Position numbers and translations under genes: made by a program. Of a stretch of 64,000 nucleotides of DNA, positions 1-13,611 are shown one piece after another. Location of the stretch: NCBI GenBank assembly GCA_038087875.1, contig CM075993.1, forward strand, positions 9,488,001-9,552,000, written 5' to 3'. The notes beneath the pieces are model-generated. The model was given only the letters and a program-made list of their open reading frames with translations. It was not told where the DNA came from and did no database searches. Source of the DNA: Malacoraja senta (taxonomy: Eukaryota). Within the stretch, counting starts at the first letter, position 1, and each line of letters opens with the position of its first letter.

Positions 1-391
1 AGTGTATGACAGTAATTGGGGATGATGATGCAATTCTAAGTACAAGGAATATATCAGATAGTTGTGGGACCAACTCTATCTAAGAACAGTGATGGAGTTA
101 TTTTCTCTTCTCCACTGTCCTTATTTTTACTTACCTCAATTACATTGGAAACAGATGAGGCCATTCAACTTCTCCAGAATTCAACTTCTCCAGAACTTCT
201 CTATTACCTGGCATTCTTCCGGTCTCTGTCATACCCTTACACAAGTTAAAATGCATTGACCCTAAAGGAAATGCAAGCAAACTAATACAATCTTTTCTCA
301 TTTCTTAGCATGTTAAGATCCAGTATCATTCTGCTTAAAATGCAGAACATAATTTACTGAGGTTTGGTGCCCAGATGTGAATATAATGCCA

Positions 392-672
392 TGCACAGTG
401 GTGCAGCGGTAGTTGCTTCTTTACAGCGATAGAGACCTGGGTTTGATCCTGACTATGGGTGCTAGTCTGTACGTTCTCCCCGTGACCTGTGTGGGTTTTC
501 TTCGGGTCTCCGGTTTCCTTCCACACTCCAAAGACGTGCAGGTTTGTAGGTATATTGGCTTGGTATAATTTTAAATTGTCCCTAGTCTGTGTAGGATAGT
601 GTTAGTGTGTGAGGATTGCTGGTCGGTACGGACTCGGTGGGCCGAAGGGCCTGTTTCTGCGCTGTATCTCAG
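392..672 (+). mobile_element. HE1-type tRNA-derived V-SINE
   Basis: A/B-box-like head, tttcctcccacactccaaagac V-domain and CR1-derived gggccgaagggcctgtttc tail. Confidence 0.85.
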
Positions 673-969
673 AACCAACTTATAAACTAAGATAGACCCT
701 TTGAGATGAGGCATAACATCCTCTTTGATCATACTTTGTATCTGTGGTCTACCTGTTAGTAATCTGTGTTCTGCACCTGGACATCTAAATCCCTTGCTTC
801 TCCGCATACCCTCAGCTGTCACACAGATTCATATTTGGCTTCTTGGAGACACAGAGCTGGACATTCTTTTTCTTTATTGAACTTTATCCACCACAATATT
901 TTCCACTCACTTAATCGATCTATACTTCTAATCTACACAACTCCGCTTACCATACTAACCCTGTTCCTT

Positions 970-1905
970 AAGGGGTCGTTGCTGTGGCCACTACTCTTCA
1001 CATTGGATTAATGATTTGGATGAGGGAATTGAAGGCTTTGTGACCAAATTCGTAGACGATATAAAGATAGATGGAGGGGCAGGTAGTGTAGAGAAAACAG
1101 GGGCTCTGCAGAAGGACTTGGGCAAGTTGGGAGAGTGGGCAGAGAAGTGCCAGATGGAATAGAGCTTAGCGAAATGTGGAGTCATGGATTTTGGCAGTAG
1201 GAAAAGCCGTAGACTATTTTCTAAATGGGGAGAGAATTCAGAAATCGGAGGTGCGAAGGGACTTGGGAGTGCTGGTGCAGGATTTCCAAAAATGTAATTG
1301 CATGTCGAATCGATGGTAAGGAAGGCAAGTGCAATGATGCATTTTGTTTGAGAGAGGGCTAGAATACAAAAACAGGGATGTAATGCTGAGGCTTTATAAG
1401 GCACTGGTCAGATTACACTTGAAGTATTGTGAGTAGTTTTGGCCCCCAAATCAGGAATGATTGGGTTAACACATGGTGAGCGCTTGAAGGCACTGGACCT
1501 GTACTTGCTGGAGTTAAGAAGAATGAGGACCTCATTGAAAGTTACAAAATAGTGAAATAGAATGAATGTGGAAAGGATGTTTCCACTAGTGGGAGAGTCT
1601 AGGACCAGAGGCCACAGCCTCAGAATGAAAGGACGTACCTTTAGGAAGGAGATGAGAAGGAATGTCTTTAGTCAGCGGGTGATGAATCTGTGGAATTCAT
1701 TGCTACAGACGGCTGTGGAGGCCGTCAATGGATATTTTTAAGATGGAGATTGACAGACTCCTGATTAGTAAGTGTGTCACGGGTTATGGGGAGAAGGCAG
1801 GAGAATGGGGTTGAGAGGGAAAGATAGACCAGCCATGATTGAATGGTGGAGTAGACTTGATGGGCCGAATTGCCTAATTCTGCTCCTGGAACTTATGAAC
1901 ATGAA
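970..1905 (+). mobile_element. CR1-clade LINE 3' fragment
   Basis: Decayed INDLDEGIEGFVTKFVDD RT motif, CR1 C-terminal region and 3'UTR. Confidence 0.85.
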
Positions 1906-3079
1906 TCCACTACTTTCCCCTTATCTATTTCAACCAGTTCCATCCTCAAAGAGATCCAGTGGATTCATCAAAAAGTTATCTTTCATAAATCCATGCTGAT
2001 CCTGTTCAATCCCATTATAAACCCATGCTGATTTTATTCAATCCCATTAATATTTTTTCACAAGATCAAAACACAAAGTTTTGTGTTTTGGAGGAACTCA
2101 ACGGGTCAGGTAATATCAGTGGAGAAATAACTAAAAGGTCCGCACCTGAAACACCACCAATTCCATCTCTCCAGAAGTGCTGCCTGTCCACAGCGATTTG
2201 TGTCTATCTGCCATGCTGCTCATTCATCTCCTGAGATTCACCCTGTAATTCTTACTCCTTTTACCATTTCTCTCTTTGCGCTCACCCAAGTACAAAGTAA
2301 ATTTACAAAAATCTCTACTTTAAGTGTCGAATAGGTCAGGAGGACACATCATTGGCAACAATGCTGAATACAAGATTCAACTGTCAGCCCCTTATGCCAG
2401 TTTACCCACTGAACTAAAATCTGATTCATTTTGCAGTGGTTCTCCCAGGAATCTTTGTACCTCTCCCCAGGTTTTCCCCATGTTTCTTGCTCAACCACCA
2501 TCAGTGGATCAGAAGGTACCAAAAGATAATTGCTGGAACCCTTACTGCTTCTTATATACTCTAATGATTTATCTAAGGATTTATATTCATTAAATAAAAA
2601 TAATGTTTAAAAAATCCAGTTCCTTGTTCCTCTCTCTGGACTTTCTCTTGCTCCTCTCTTCTCCCCCTGCGTTCTCTGTTCCCCTCTCCGAGCTCTCCAA
2701 GGGCATAGTTTGAATTGGATAAACACAAAGAAATGAGCACTTGAGAATGGGTGGGGAATACGGATTCAAGCCCACAGAGGAATTAGAACAATGGGATTCA
2801 TATTGTTAAAGACAAAATATTTTCCGTTGGACCAGTCTCAAGAAACTGGTGTTCTATTATAGTTTAACTGTTTAATTAAAATTGCAATTAATATATATAT
2901 TTTTTAAAGATTTTGAATGTTTATGAACATGTTATTCTGAGCTGCTTCTCATTTTCTCCATGTTGTGGGTGGGGCTCACTTGCCCACCCCAGGGGCAATG
3001 TTCAACTCCAAGATGCATTTGTATTAAAGGTCAGCTGTAAGCAAAGGCAGCTCATTATTCACTGCAAATTCCACACCCA

Positions 3080-3230
3080 ACGTCTCATCTGAACAGCTGC
3101 AACATCATCCATGTTGCACTCACACAACCCTGCACTGGAATATCAACCAGGATTTTGTGCTCAGCTCTTGGAGTGGAGTTTGAACACATTGACTCAGAAA
3201 CAGGATTCCATCGCACAGCTAACTGGGCCC
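3080..3230 (-). mobile_element. Ancient Deu-domain (SacSINE1-like) SINE relic; similar relics ~29840-29900, 30335-30390, 34700-34885, 35620-35720, 36040-36290, 39075-39280
   Basis: ctgcactgga..gattttgtgctca..ggagtgg..ttgaac..tgactcaga resembles the reverse SacSINE1 head as I recall it. Very diverged. Confidence 0.5.
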
Positions 3231-3689
3231 TCAGAAAGTCATTGGCTCTCTTTACACTGTGCAGTAAAAACTCCTATCTGGGCTTAGAGGGTTTCCCATT
3301 CAGCTGCTTATTCATTACAGACTGCCCTATGAAATACCTTAAGATGTCATCATGATGGAAGCAAGTGAAGGCTTGTCATGTAGTGTGGCCCGATTCAACT
3401 CTGCTTTCACTCTGCTGTGTTAAAACTGAAGATGGTTTGATTTACTTTAAGGGATGTCCATCTAATTGGAAATCAGCAAGACTTAAAAAAGAATGTGCAA
3501 CAAAACAAGATATTAGCGCAAAAAAATGAGAAAAATAAACAAATCTATGGAAGTGCAAGAGTGTCTGTAGTGTTTCATTGTCAAAGTAGGATTAGGGTTG
3601 TGTCTGTTGGTTCAAGTAAGAATTTAATTGTTCTATCTGGGACATATGACAATAAAACACTCGTGACTCTATCTCTTCAATCTCTCTAG

Positions 3690-4690
3690 TGTAGAACATT
3701 GAAATGTACAGCACAGGAACAAGCCTTTTGGCCCACAATGTCCGTGCCGAACATGATGCGTAGCTAAACTGACCTCATCTGCCTGCACATGATCCATATC
3801 CCTCTATTCCCTGCACTTCCATGTGCCTATCTAAAAGCCTCTTAAATGCCACTATCGTATCTGCCTCCACTGTCACCCCTACCAGTGGATTCATAGCTCT
3901 GGAAAAAAAATTGCCCCACACATCTCCGTTAAACGTTCTCTATCTCCTTTGGACATTTCCACCCTGGGAAAAAAAGGTTCTGACTGTCTACTCTATGTTT
4001 ACTGACTGTCACTATGCCTCTCATCATTTTATATGCTTCTATCAAGTCTCCCCAAACCTCTGACGTTCCAGAGAAAACAATCCTTGTCAATGCAACCTCT
4101 CCCTTCGGCGGAAACCCTCCAATCTAGGCAACATTCGAGTAAACTTCTGCATCCTCTCCAAAGCTTCCATATCTTTCCTGTCATAGGGTGACCAGAACCG
4201 CATGCAATACTCCAAATGCAGCCTAACCAAAGTCCTGTGCAGCTGCGTCATAACTTCCTGACTCTTATATTTAACGGCCTTAGCAATGAAGGTAAGCATT
4301 CTTCACCACCCTATCTATTTGTGCTGCCACCTTTAGTGAGCTATGAACTTGGACTCCAACATCTATCTGCACATCAATGCTGTTAAGGGTCTTGCCATTA
4401 ACTATACACTCTCTCCTTACATTCAACCTCCCAAAGTGCAGCACATCACACTTGCTCAGATTAAACTCCAAATGTCATTTATCTGCTCATTTCTGCAGCT
4501 GATCTATATCCCACTGTATCTTCTGACACAATTTCTCCTACGATTTTGGTGTTGTCAGCAAACTTACTCACCAACCCATCCATATTTATATCCAGATCAT
4601 TTATATATACCACAAACAGCAGAGGTCCCAACTGGTCCACTGGTCACAGACCTACAGCCTGAATATCTACCATTCACCATATCCCCTCCA
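3690..4690 (-). mobile_element. CR1-clade LINE 3' fragment
   Basis: MEFNLSKCDVLHFGR and LVRLHLEYCMRFWSP motifs. Confidence 0.85.
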
Positions 4691-5020
4691 GTGCCCTAGC
4701 GTGGTCTTTAAGGAACTGCACCTCCTGCAGATAGAGTCCTCAGGGACACTGGCCATTTCCAGAGTTCCCACATCTCACAGGCTGAACACTCCACTGCACC
4801 AGCTTCCATTCCACTACAAACGGACCAAGTTGCATTCAGAGACAAACAGAAAATGACAAATCAAACCTTATCCTAGAATCGCCCTCGCAGAAGACTCCTC
4901 TTGAGCCAAAGTCTCAATGTCTCACCTTTACTCTGTCCACTGACATTATGTCCACTCTATTATGGCCGTTTCACTAAGACTTACCTTTCTTTTATTGCCA
5001 GCTGTTAATTAGCCAATTAG

Positions 5021-5190
5021 CCAACCTGTGAGACTTGCTCCTGTTCTGTCGGGATATTCCTGACAGCTGAGACCACCAACTGTGAGACTTGCCTTTTGCT
5101 TTTGCAGGGATATCCCGACAGCCAAAACCACCAATTGTGAGTTTTGCCTTTTTAACTTTCTCCTGTTCTTGCACGGAAATGCCGACAGCT
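5021..5190. repeat. Diverged ~55-bp tandem repeat, 3 units
   Basis: ccaa(c/t)tgtgag..ttgc...gacagc units start at 5021, 5076 and 5131. Confidence 0.75.
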
Positions 5191-5482
5191 GTTGAAGGAA
5201 AGCAGTTCTTCCTGAACCTGGTGGTGTACTGCCTGATGGAAGCAGTGAAAAAAGGACATGGTGAGGATCTTTGATGATATATGCTGCCTTTTTGAGGTAT
5301 CGCCTCATATCGATGCTTACTATGGTAAGGAGAGCTGTTCCCGGAATAGGTGGCTGAGTCCATTATTCTCTGTAGCCTCTTGTAGTCCAGTGCATTGGAA
5401 ATTGCCATACCAGGCCACGATGCAACCAGCCAGGATACTTTCTATAGTGCATCTGTTGTTTGTTGGCATATTCGGAAAGCTT
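5190..5482 (-). mobile_element. Rex1/Babar LINE 3' fragment
   Basis: IIKDPHH..LFSLLPSG and TTRFRKNCFPST motifs. Confidence 0.7.
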
Positions 5483-5568
5483 TGAAGAAACTAGAGATGT
5501 ACAAGAGAAACAGAATCGAAGGTTCAGATCTAAAAAGTTGGATGGCAATTGAAAATGTTATAACTGAA

Positions 5569-5930
5569 CTAGATCTGTTGGGCCCTGTTCCCCCAACGCA
5601 ATATTCCACCACTCACCCATAGTCCCCAACTGCGCAGGCGCGGGACGTTTTTAAAGGTTAAAATGGCAATAACATGTGAACGCATCTCACTCTCCCTCTT
5701 AGTCCCCTATTCCTCTCCTACATTATCCTCCCTCTTCCCACCCTCCACCAACCTTCCTCTGCTTCCTCCCCTCACCCCCAACCTCCCCTCCTCTCTTCCC
5801 TCTCCCCTCCTCCATTACCTCGGCATCCCTCTTCTTCCCCTCCTCTTCACCCTCCCTCTTCTTTCCCCTCTCCTCCTCCCCTCCCCCATTCCCTCCCTCA
5901 CTCATTTCCCACACATTTCCTTCATTTCCA
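5569..5930 (-). mobile_element. Helitron 3' fragment (same family)
   Basis: CTAG at 5569-5572, then ctgttcccccaacgcaatattccaccactcacccatag...tgcgcaggcgcgg as at 60243-60301, then a C-rich tract. Confidence 0.65.
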
Positions 5931-7149
5931 GTAGATCTGATCTCACCCCAAACCTCCCAAACAGGACAAAGACACAGTAGCCTTTCACCCCACCAGCTTC
6001 TGTATTGAACACCAAACCTCGCCATTTCTGCCAGCTCCAACGGGATCCCCTCTCTTCTCCTGCGCACCTTTCTGCTTGGGTAACTTACAACCCAATGGCA
6101 CGAACATTGACCGTACCAATTTCAGGTAACCCACATCGCCCCCTGTGTATTTGTTCGTCACACACTCACCTGTCCACCTAATTTTCTTCTCCCACTCTCT
6201 TCCTCCCACACATCTCCATCTGTCCATCATATTCCCCATCCTAAGATAGACACAAAATGCTGGAGTAACTCAGCAGGTCAGACAGCATCTCTGGTGAAAA
6301 GGAGAAGGTGACGTTTCGGGCCTCGACCCAAAACGTTGCCTATTTTCTCCAGAGATGTTGTCTGACCTTCTGAGTTACTCCAGCATTTTGTGTCTATCTT
6401 CAGATTAAACCAGCATCTGCAGTTCCTTCCCACACATATTCTCCATCCTGTTTCGAAGATAAGCACAAAAAGCTGGAGTAACTCAACGGGACAGGCAGCA
6501 TCTCTGGAGAGAAGGAATGGGTGACGTTTCGGGTCGAGACCCTTCTTCTGACCATCCTGTTCCCATCATCATTGACCAGTCTCTATCCCACCCACCCTCT
6601 TCACTTCCCGTTAATCCCCATACAGCTATCTACTGGCTGTTGTTCCTCTTCCCTCTCAGTCTTGATGCAGGGTCTCGACGCAAAAGGTCGATTTACACCT
6701 TTTGCCTCAACAGATGCTGCTTGACCCTGTGTTCTTTCAGCGTTGTGGTTTTTACTGCAATATCAAAAGTACATTTAACAGGGTATTGTTCGTAAATCAT
6801 TATATGTTGAAAAAAATGAGAAAAGGAAAAGAAAACATTTCTACTTTTTACGGGATAAAACAGATTGCTTGACACAATAAATGCTACTTTAAAAAATGCT
6901 ATTAAGATTGCAATCTTGTAGTGTAATTTCAGAAAGCAGCATTGTTGTATAATGACATGTTTCTGATTCAGTGCACCCTGTTGAAGTAATCTATTGTAAT
7001 GTCACGCAGATCCTGGCATTTTAACTGCACAGCTGTGATCTCAGGAACGAGCCCTTAAAGGAGCACCAACGCATCACAAGCACCAATCTTGCAACTGTTG
7101 GAGACCGCTGCTTCTTCTCTAAGGGCCTGAGCAATGATTGGAAAAAGAG

Positions 7150-7706
7150 ATTGTGTTCAGTTCTGGGCACCAAGTTATAGGAAATATGTTGTCAAGCTGG
7201 AAATGGTACAGAGAAAATTTACGAGGATGTTGCCAGGACTAGAGGGTCTGAGCTACAGGGAGAGGTTGAACAGGCTGGAACTCTATTCCTTGGAGCACAG
7301 GAGGATGAAGGGTGATCTTATAGATGTGTATAAAATCATGAGAGGAATAGAACAGGTAGATGCACAGAGTACCCAGAGTACATATCGAGGACAAGAGGAC
7401 ATGGGTTTAAGGTGAAGGGGAAAAGATTTAATAGGAATCTGAGAGGTAACTTTTTCACGCAAAGGGTGGTGGGTGTATAGAACAAGCTGGCAGTGGAGGA
7501 AGTTGGGGCTGGGACTATCCCAACATTTAAGAAACAGTTAGACAGGCACATGGATAGGACAGGTTTGGAGATATATGGACCAAACGTGGGCAGGTGGGAC
7601 GAGTGTAGCTGGGACATGTGGGAAATGTAGGGATAAAGAACAGTGAATGAGTGTGGGCAAGTTGGGCCGAGGGGCCTGTTTCCACACTGTATCACTCTAT
7701 GACTAT
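7150..7706 (+). mobile_element. CR1-clade LINE 3' fragment
   Basis: CVQFWAP..VQRKFTRMLPGL..GDLIDVYKIM motif and 3'UTR. Confidence 0.85.
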
Positions 7707-9245
7707 GGTGAAGAACTTTATCCAAAGGAGGGATATTCTTTGTGCCAGGCGGCCTCAGCAATCCGGGAAGACCATGGCCAAATGCTCCCTGCAGGTGATT
7801 GGTGGGGAGTATCCGTTAAGAGTAATATTCCCAGGATTGCACCTCACTTGTAATACCATGTCCTTACGGGAGATGAAGGCGAGTCTTCACCTTTTAGTTC
7901 TACTTCATAACTGTAGTCTTCAGCTCCATCCATACTATGTTAACACCTTTTCTTATAGCATTTCTTATAACATTCACTGACGCTCACTCCTTCTTTCACT
8001 CAAATGACCGCCCCACCACTGAACCATCATTCCCAAACCTCCCCATGCAGCAAACTCTCAAAATGACATAGTTCAGTGGTGACGGCCAGGAATGATTAGG
8101 AGATTGCAAGCCGGAGTGACTGTGACCCTGATCTGCAAAGGCAAAGCAGCTTGAGTTTATGTGTGAGGATATATTTGAGGTGTCAGGGGATCATAGGTAT
8201 TGACTTGCTGAAATCTAGCCTGAAGACACAGCTCCTCAAGTGAAAACCAGCTAGAAGCATGTCCCTACAAACTCTGGGCAGATAAAGTCTTCAGTGATGA
8301 GCCCTTCTATGCCAACGGTAGACACAAAAAGCTGGAGTAACTCAGTGGGAAGGGCAGCATCTCTGGGGAGAAGGAATGGGTGACGTTTTGGATCCAGACC
8401 CTTCTTCGGACTAGTTAGGGATAAGAACAATGAATGAAAATTTGCAAAAAAGTAACGGTGATAAAGGAAACAGGCCATTGTTAGCTGTTTGATGGGTGAA
8501 AACGAGAAGCTGGTGCGACTTTGGTGGCGGAAGGATAGAGAGAGAGGGAATGCCGTCTGTCTCATCATTCCCATGCTCCCTGTAGAGTTAGTGAGGTTGC
8601 AACATACTGTCGAGCAGCCTGGTGAAGTGTGTTTACTTCTTTAAATAACGTGGTTGCAAAGAATGACCCCTGGTTTGTGGCTGTATGATTAATGGAAGTC
8701 CGCCCTTACAGAATTCACAGATCACTATCTGAAAATTTGAGACAGAATAACATTTGTTCTCACAGAATTTAAGCATGGAAAGCAAATAAATAAAAACATT
8801 TTTTTCTCCGTTGCATTTCATGGCCCGTGCACAGATGATGCAACTTTATGTAATGGAAAGTCGCGTTTTGGATCGTTTTCTTGGAATACAACTGACCCAT
8901 AAAGCAGGGATTGCCTGTAAACAGTGACATAAGAAACTACAGATGCTGGAATTTTGAGCAAAATACAAAGTGCTGGAAGCACTCAACAGTTTAGGCAGCA
9001 TCTGTGGAGGGAATGGACTGATGAGGTTTTGGGTTGGGACTCTTCCGACCTGAAATTTTGCGTCCAATCCCTCCACAGATGCTGTCTCCTTACTTATCTC
9101 CACTGAACTGATTCTACATCTGGTCTTCCGAACCTAATGTCGTTCCTCCCCACTTCAATGATTTCATCCTTTGTTAATAAAGTATTCCACCCCCGCTCTT
9201 TTCTCAAATGTCAAATATCTTTTAATTTGGAGTAATTTGTCTAGT

Positions 9246-10026
9246 GGTGGCGCCATCGAGTGTGGCAGCCTCGCCAGCAGCTGTTAGTCCTTTCATCCTT
9301 TTTGTTATTTTTAGTCTGTCTAAAAGTTTGTTTTTGGAGGTCTTTTAGTCTTTTTATATGTTGGGGGGGGGGGTAGGGGGAAACCGTCTTCTCAGTCACT
9401 ACCTGGTCGAGGATGCGTCTTTTCTTCGAGCCTCATCTTCGCCCCCCCTCGCGGCCTACCCTCTGGATTGGCGCGGCCTTTCCTGCCGGAGACCGGCCAG
9501 AGCTTCAGCAGCAGCGCAGCACTGAATTATCATCGCGGAGCGGGCGATGCCTTACTGGGATCGCCGTGTTGGAGCTCCGGAGTGTTGGGCCTGCCGACTT
9601 TAACACTGTGGAGCTGTGGTCTGCGGAGCTTCCAGCTGCGGGCGGCGCTGACTTTAACATCGCGCAGGCCTGGTATCTTTCGCTGAGGATCACCAGTGTT
9701 GGAGCTCTGCCCAGCTCGGCCTGTGGACTTCGGAAGCCGCGGTCTCCGGTAGGAAGTGGCTGATTCGGAAACTCCAGAGTGTTCTTCCGTTCCGACGCCG
9801 GAGCTCTGATCATCCGATCATCCCGGTGAGAGGGCCTGAAACATCGGACTGCAGAGGCTTCAATAGGCCCCGACCTCGGGTGATTTCGTTGTGGTGGGAT
9901 GTTTTTATGTTTTATGTTCAATTCTATAGTGTTGTGTTATCTTATTTGTTTGCTGCATGGTAACTCAAATTTCACTACGTCAATTGGTGTATGTGACAAT
10001 GAATATCCTTTGTCCTTTGTCCTTTT
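9246..10026 (+). mobile_element. GC-rich non-autonomous retroelement family, copy 1
   Basis: T-rich/G-run leader and CpG-rich body homologous to 39302-40133. Ends gtgacaatgaa + (CCTTTGT)n. Confidence 0.7.
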
Positions 10027-11285
10027 GTGTTCAGTGTTGGTCATCCTGCTGTGGGAAATAGTACAGAAAGATTTACGAGGATGTGGCCAGGAGTAGAGGG
10101 CCTGAGCCATAGGGAGAAGTTGGGTAGGCTAGGACTTTGTACCGTGGAGTGCAGGAGGCTGAGGGGTGATCTTATAGAGGTGTATAAGATCATGAGGGGA
10201 ATAGATAGGGTCGATGCACAATCTTTTACCCAGAGTAGGGGAATCATGAACAAGAGGACATAGGTTTAAGGTGATAGGGAACAGATTTATTCGGATCTCA
10301 AGGGGCAATATTTTGACACTGAAGGTGGTGGGTATATGGAACGAGCTGCCAGAGTGGGTAGTTGTGGCAGGGACTATAACAACATTTAAAAGACATTTGG
10401 ACAGGTATGTGGATAGGAAAGGTTCAGAGGGATAGGAGCCAAATTAAGGCAAAAAGGAATAGTGTAGACTAGACCAAGTGGGACCCGTTGGGTCCCAGTC
10501 ACAAGGGAGGCCTGGTCCCCCAATGCAACCCATTCCCCATCGCAATATTCCACCACTCACCTGTTCCCCCAATGCAACCCCTTCCCCCAAAGCAATATTC
10601 CACCACTCAGGGGAGGGGGTGTGGGGGAGGGGGGGTGAGGGAGGGGGGTAGGGGGGGTGGGGTTGGGGGTTGTGAGGGTGGGTGAGGGGGGAGGGGGGTG
10701 GGTGAGGGGGTGTGGGGGAAGGGGAGGTGTGGGGAGGGGAAAAGGGGGGGTGGGGAGGGGGAAGGGGGTGTGGGGAGGGGGGGGTGGTCGCAGCAGACGC
10801 AGCTCGCACTGTGCTCACCCCGCACCTTCAGCTTTTGGCCTCACGCAGCAGATCCCGGTCCCGCTCCGGCTTCACTCAGAAGGTTCCGGTTCAACTCAGC
10901 AGCTTCCGGCTGGTCGTGCTGGTCGCCGCAGAAGCAGTCCTCAGGCTGCTCACTCCCCGCGGGCTGCTTAACACACTCCGCCCCTTCAGCTTTTTATTCT
11001 CCTCTCCGCGTTATTGACAGCGGGTTCTGGAAGGGGCGGTTTTTACAATTTTTAAACCTTCATAACTTTTGTACTATTTCACCGATCAGAACAAAACTTA
11101 TTTGACTTGCAGCAGAGGAGAATGGTGAGTAAGGTGGCGAAAAATCGTAACGCTATGGGGGATCATTTTCTGTGCAAATTTAATTACAAAGCAGACCGGT
11201 AGTGGTCAAGATGAGATTTTTCAGTAATAGTATAGATGGGGGACAATTAGACCGAAGGGCATGTTTCATGCTGTATGACTCTCTG
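10027..11285 (+). mobile_element. CR1 3' fragment split by the Helitron
   Basis: RFTRMWPG..RRLRGDLIEVYKIMRGIDRV. The 3'UTR resumes at 11237. Confidence 0.82.
10469..11236 (-). mobile_element. Complete non-autonomous Helitron
   Basis: Minus strand starts TC(TATAC), ends GGGACCC-AAC-GGGTCCC hairpin + 7 nt + CTAG. Inserted between A and T with no TSD. Removing it restores the CR1 3'UTR (agtgtaga|tggg). Confidence 0.88.
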
Positions 11286-12928
11286 AATATTAAGTTCTGC
11301 TTTGGTTACTTTGCAACCATATATCTGTAAAGGAATCAGATCATACCCTTTAATTTTGGTCTGTGTTGTCAACTAATATATATTGTTTCCAGCTCCTGAC
11401 AAGCTAATTTAAAACCTCCCAGACAAAACTAGTAATTTGACGATTACCACCTTTGAGATCCTGCTTTTTTACCTCTTTCCTAGCTTCCTGTAGGATATCA
11501 TTCCTCTCTGTGTATGTGTTTGGTACCACATAGATCATGAACCTTGGATGCACTGCAGTGATTCAGTGACACCCTTGACTCTGACACCAGGGAAGCAACA
11601 AACCATCCTGGAGTAACATCTGTGATAAAAAATGCCTGAATGTTCTCTGTTATTAAATCCTTCATCACTATTGCTCTCTCACTCTCCCTTCCTGTGCAGC
11701 TGAGGTACTCATGCTCCTGATACTGGCTGCACTCTGCATATCCGCTGCAGAGTAGAGCAGCTGGTAAGGCTGCTGCCTCACAGCGCCAGAGCCCCCGGTT
11801 CAATCCTGACCTCAGGTGCTGTCTGTGTGGAGTTTGCATGTTCTCCTTGTGAATGTGTGGGTTTCCTCCCACATCTCAACGACGTACAAGTTTGTAGGTT
11901 AATTGGCCTTTGTAAATTCCCCGTAGTAAGAAGGGAGTGGATGTGAAAGTTGATAATGTAGAACTAGTATCTACAGGTGATCAATGCTTGGTGCCGAATC
12001 GGTGTTTCCACGCTGAAACTAAAACCATAACTAAACTCTCCTGCAGAACCATTATGTTTTTGAGGGAGATGAACACAGGGACTGCTTGGACTATTTGCTT
12101 GCTTCTTCTTGTCTGCACATATTAAAGGGTATTTGTAATGACATGAATGTAGTCTCTAAATACTTGCACTACAGTGAATACTGTGATGTGTACAAATCCC
12201 TATGCCAGCCCTACCTGCTCCAGTTGGCTGAAGGAAAAGTGGTGGAAAGGTCTGTCCATAAGTACTGTATGTTAGGCTGCTGTCCTTGTGGTATGCTCAG
12301 ATATAAAGATCCTGTGTATACTGCTGTACTGATGCTGTAAATTCGAATGAAACAATATATATTAGTTGACAACACAGACCAAAATTAAAGGGTATGATCT
12401 GATTCCTTTACAGAGATATGGTTGCAAAGTAACCAAAGCAGAACTTAATATTCAGAGAGTCATACAGCATGAAACATGCCCTTCGGTCTAATTGTCCCCC
12501 ATCTATACTATTACTAAAACTCTCATCTTGACCACTTCCGGTCTGCTTTGTAATTAAATTTGCACAAAAAACTATCCCCCATAGCGTTACGATTTTTCGC
12601 CACCTTACTCACCATTCTCCTCTGCTGCAAGTCAAATAGGTTTTGTTCCGATCGGTGAAATAGTACAAAAGTTATGAAGGTTTAAAAATTGTAAAAAACG
12701 TCCCTTCCAGAACCCGCTGTCAATAACGCGGAGAGGAGAATAAAAAGCTGAAGGGGCGGAGTGTGTTAAGCAGCCCGCGGGGAGTGAGCAGCCTGAGGAC
12801 TGCTTCTGCGGCGACCAGCACGACCAGCCGGAAGCTGCTGAGTTGAACCAGAAGCCTCTGAGTGAAGCCGGAGCGGGACCGGGATCTGCTGCGTGAGGCC
12901 AAAAGCTGAAGGTGCGGGGTGAGCACAG
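10809..12928. repeat. ~580-bp inverted duplication (arms 10809-11389 and 12349-12928, ~960-bp spacer)
   Basis: The right arm is the reverse complement of the left, covering the Helitron 5' half, the CR1 tail and unique flank. Confidence 0.95.
11752..12036 (+). mobile_element. HE1-type SINE (older variant)
   Basis: Same head and V-domain, degraded tail. Confidence 0.75.
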
Positions 12929-13611
12929 CATATAGAGGGCAGCTTAATGATAGTTATAAAAAAAATGTTTACACATACCACATGCACATGTTGGAGCATC
13001 TCACCATGAATCAGAACATTATTTTGATTCTGTGCCTGTTTGGATCAAGTAGTATCATTTTGGTAGTGCCTCATACACAGTGAACAGAAAACTGAGGTGG
13101 TGCAGAAATCATGAGCTGAGTGAGATGCTGCTGAAGTTAAGAAGCCGATAATGTCTGTAATGTGGACCTCCATGGCCAACCATGTATTTAAGGTCATAGA
13201 AGATCAAGGTCTCAGTGAGGACAAGGAATGCATTTTGGGGGTTGGCCTTCTAAATAGTTGGGTTTCTGGGAAATGTGCTTAGTTAAGAATGGTATGCCTA
13301 TAAATAAATAGGAATTGCTATTTAATATAATTTGAAGAAGGGTCTCGACCCGAAACGTCACCTATTCCTTTGCTTCATAGATGCTGCCTCACCTGCTGAG
13401 TTTCTCCAGCATTTTTGTCTACCTTCGATTTTTCCAGCATCTGCAGTTCCTTCTTAAACAATAGGAATTGCTCAGTAAGACTGAGAAATCACACTGCAGA
13501 AAATTCTAAACGTTGTATGTTGTCTGCTGACAGAATTTTGGGGAATGCCGGGTAAAAGCATAATTCTTCTGATAAACAAGGTTTGGAACACTAGCTCTGC
13601 AATACAGCTCG

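Noticed and set aside
5021..5190. Repeat-spacer-like pattern resembling CRISPR
   Set aside because: Only three diverged tandem units in a vertebrate genome, with no cas genes.
9396..9416. U1 snRNA-like ACTACCTGG (also CCATTTGCACTCCG at ~58447)
   Set aside because: Only short matches, with no colinear U1 body or Sm site.
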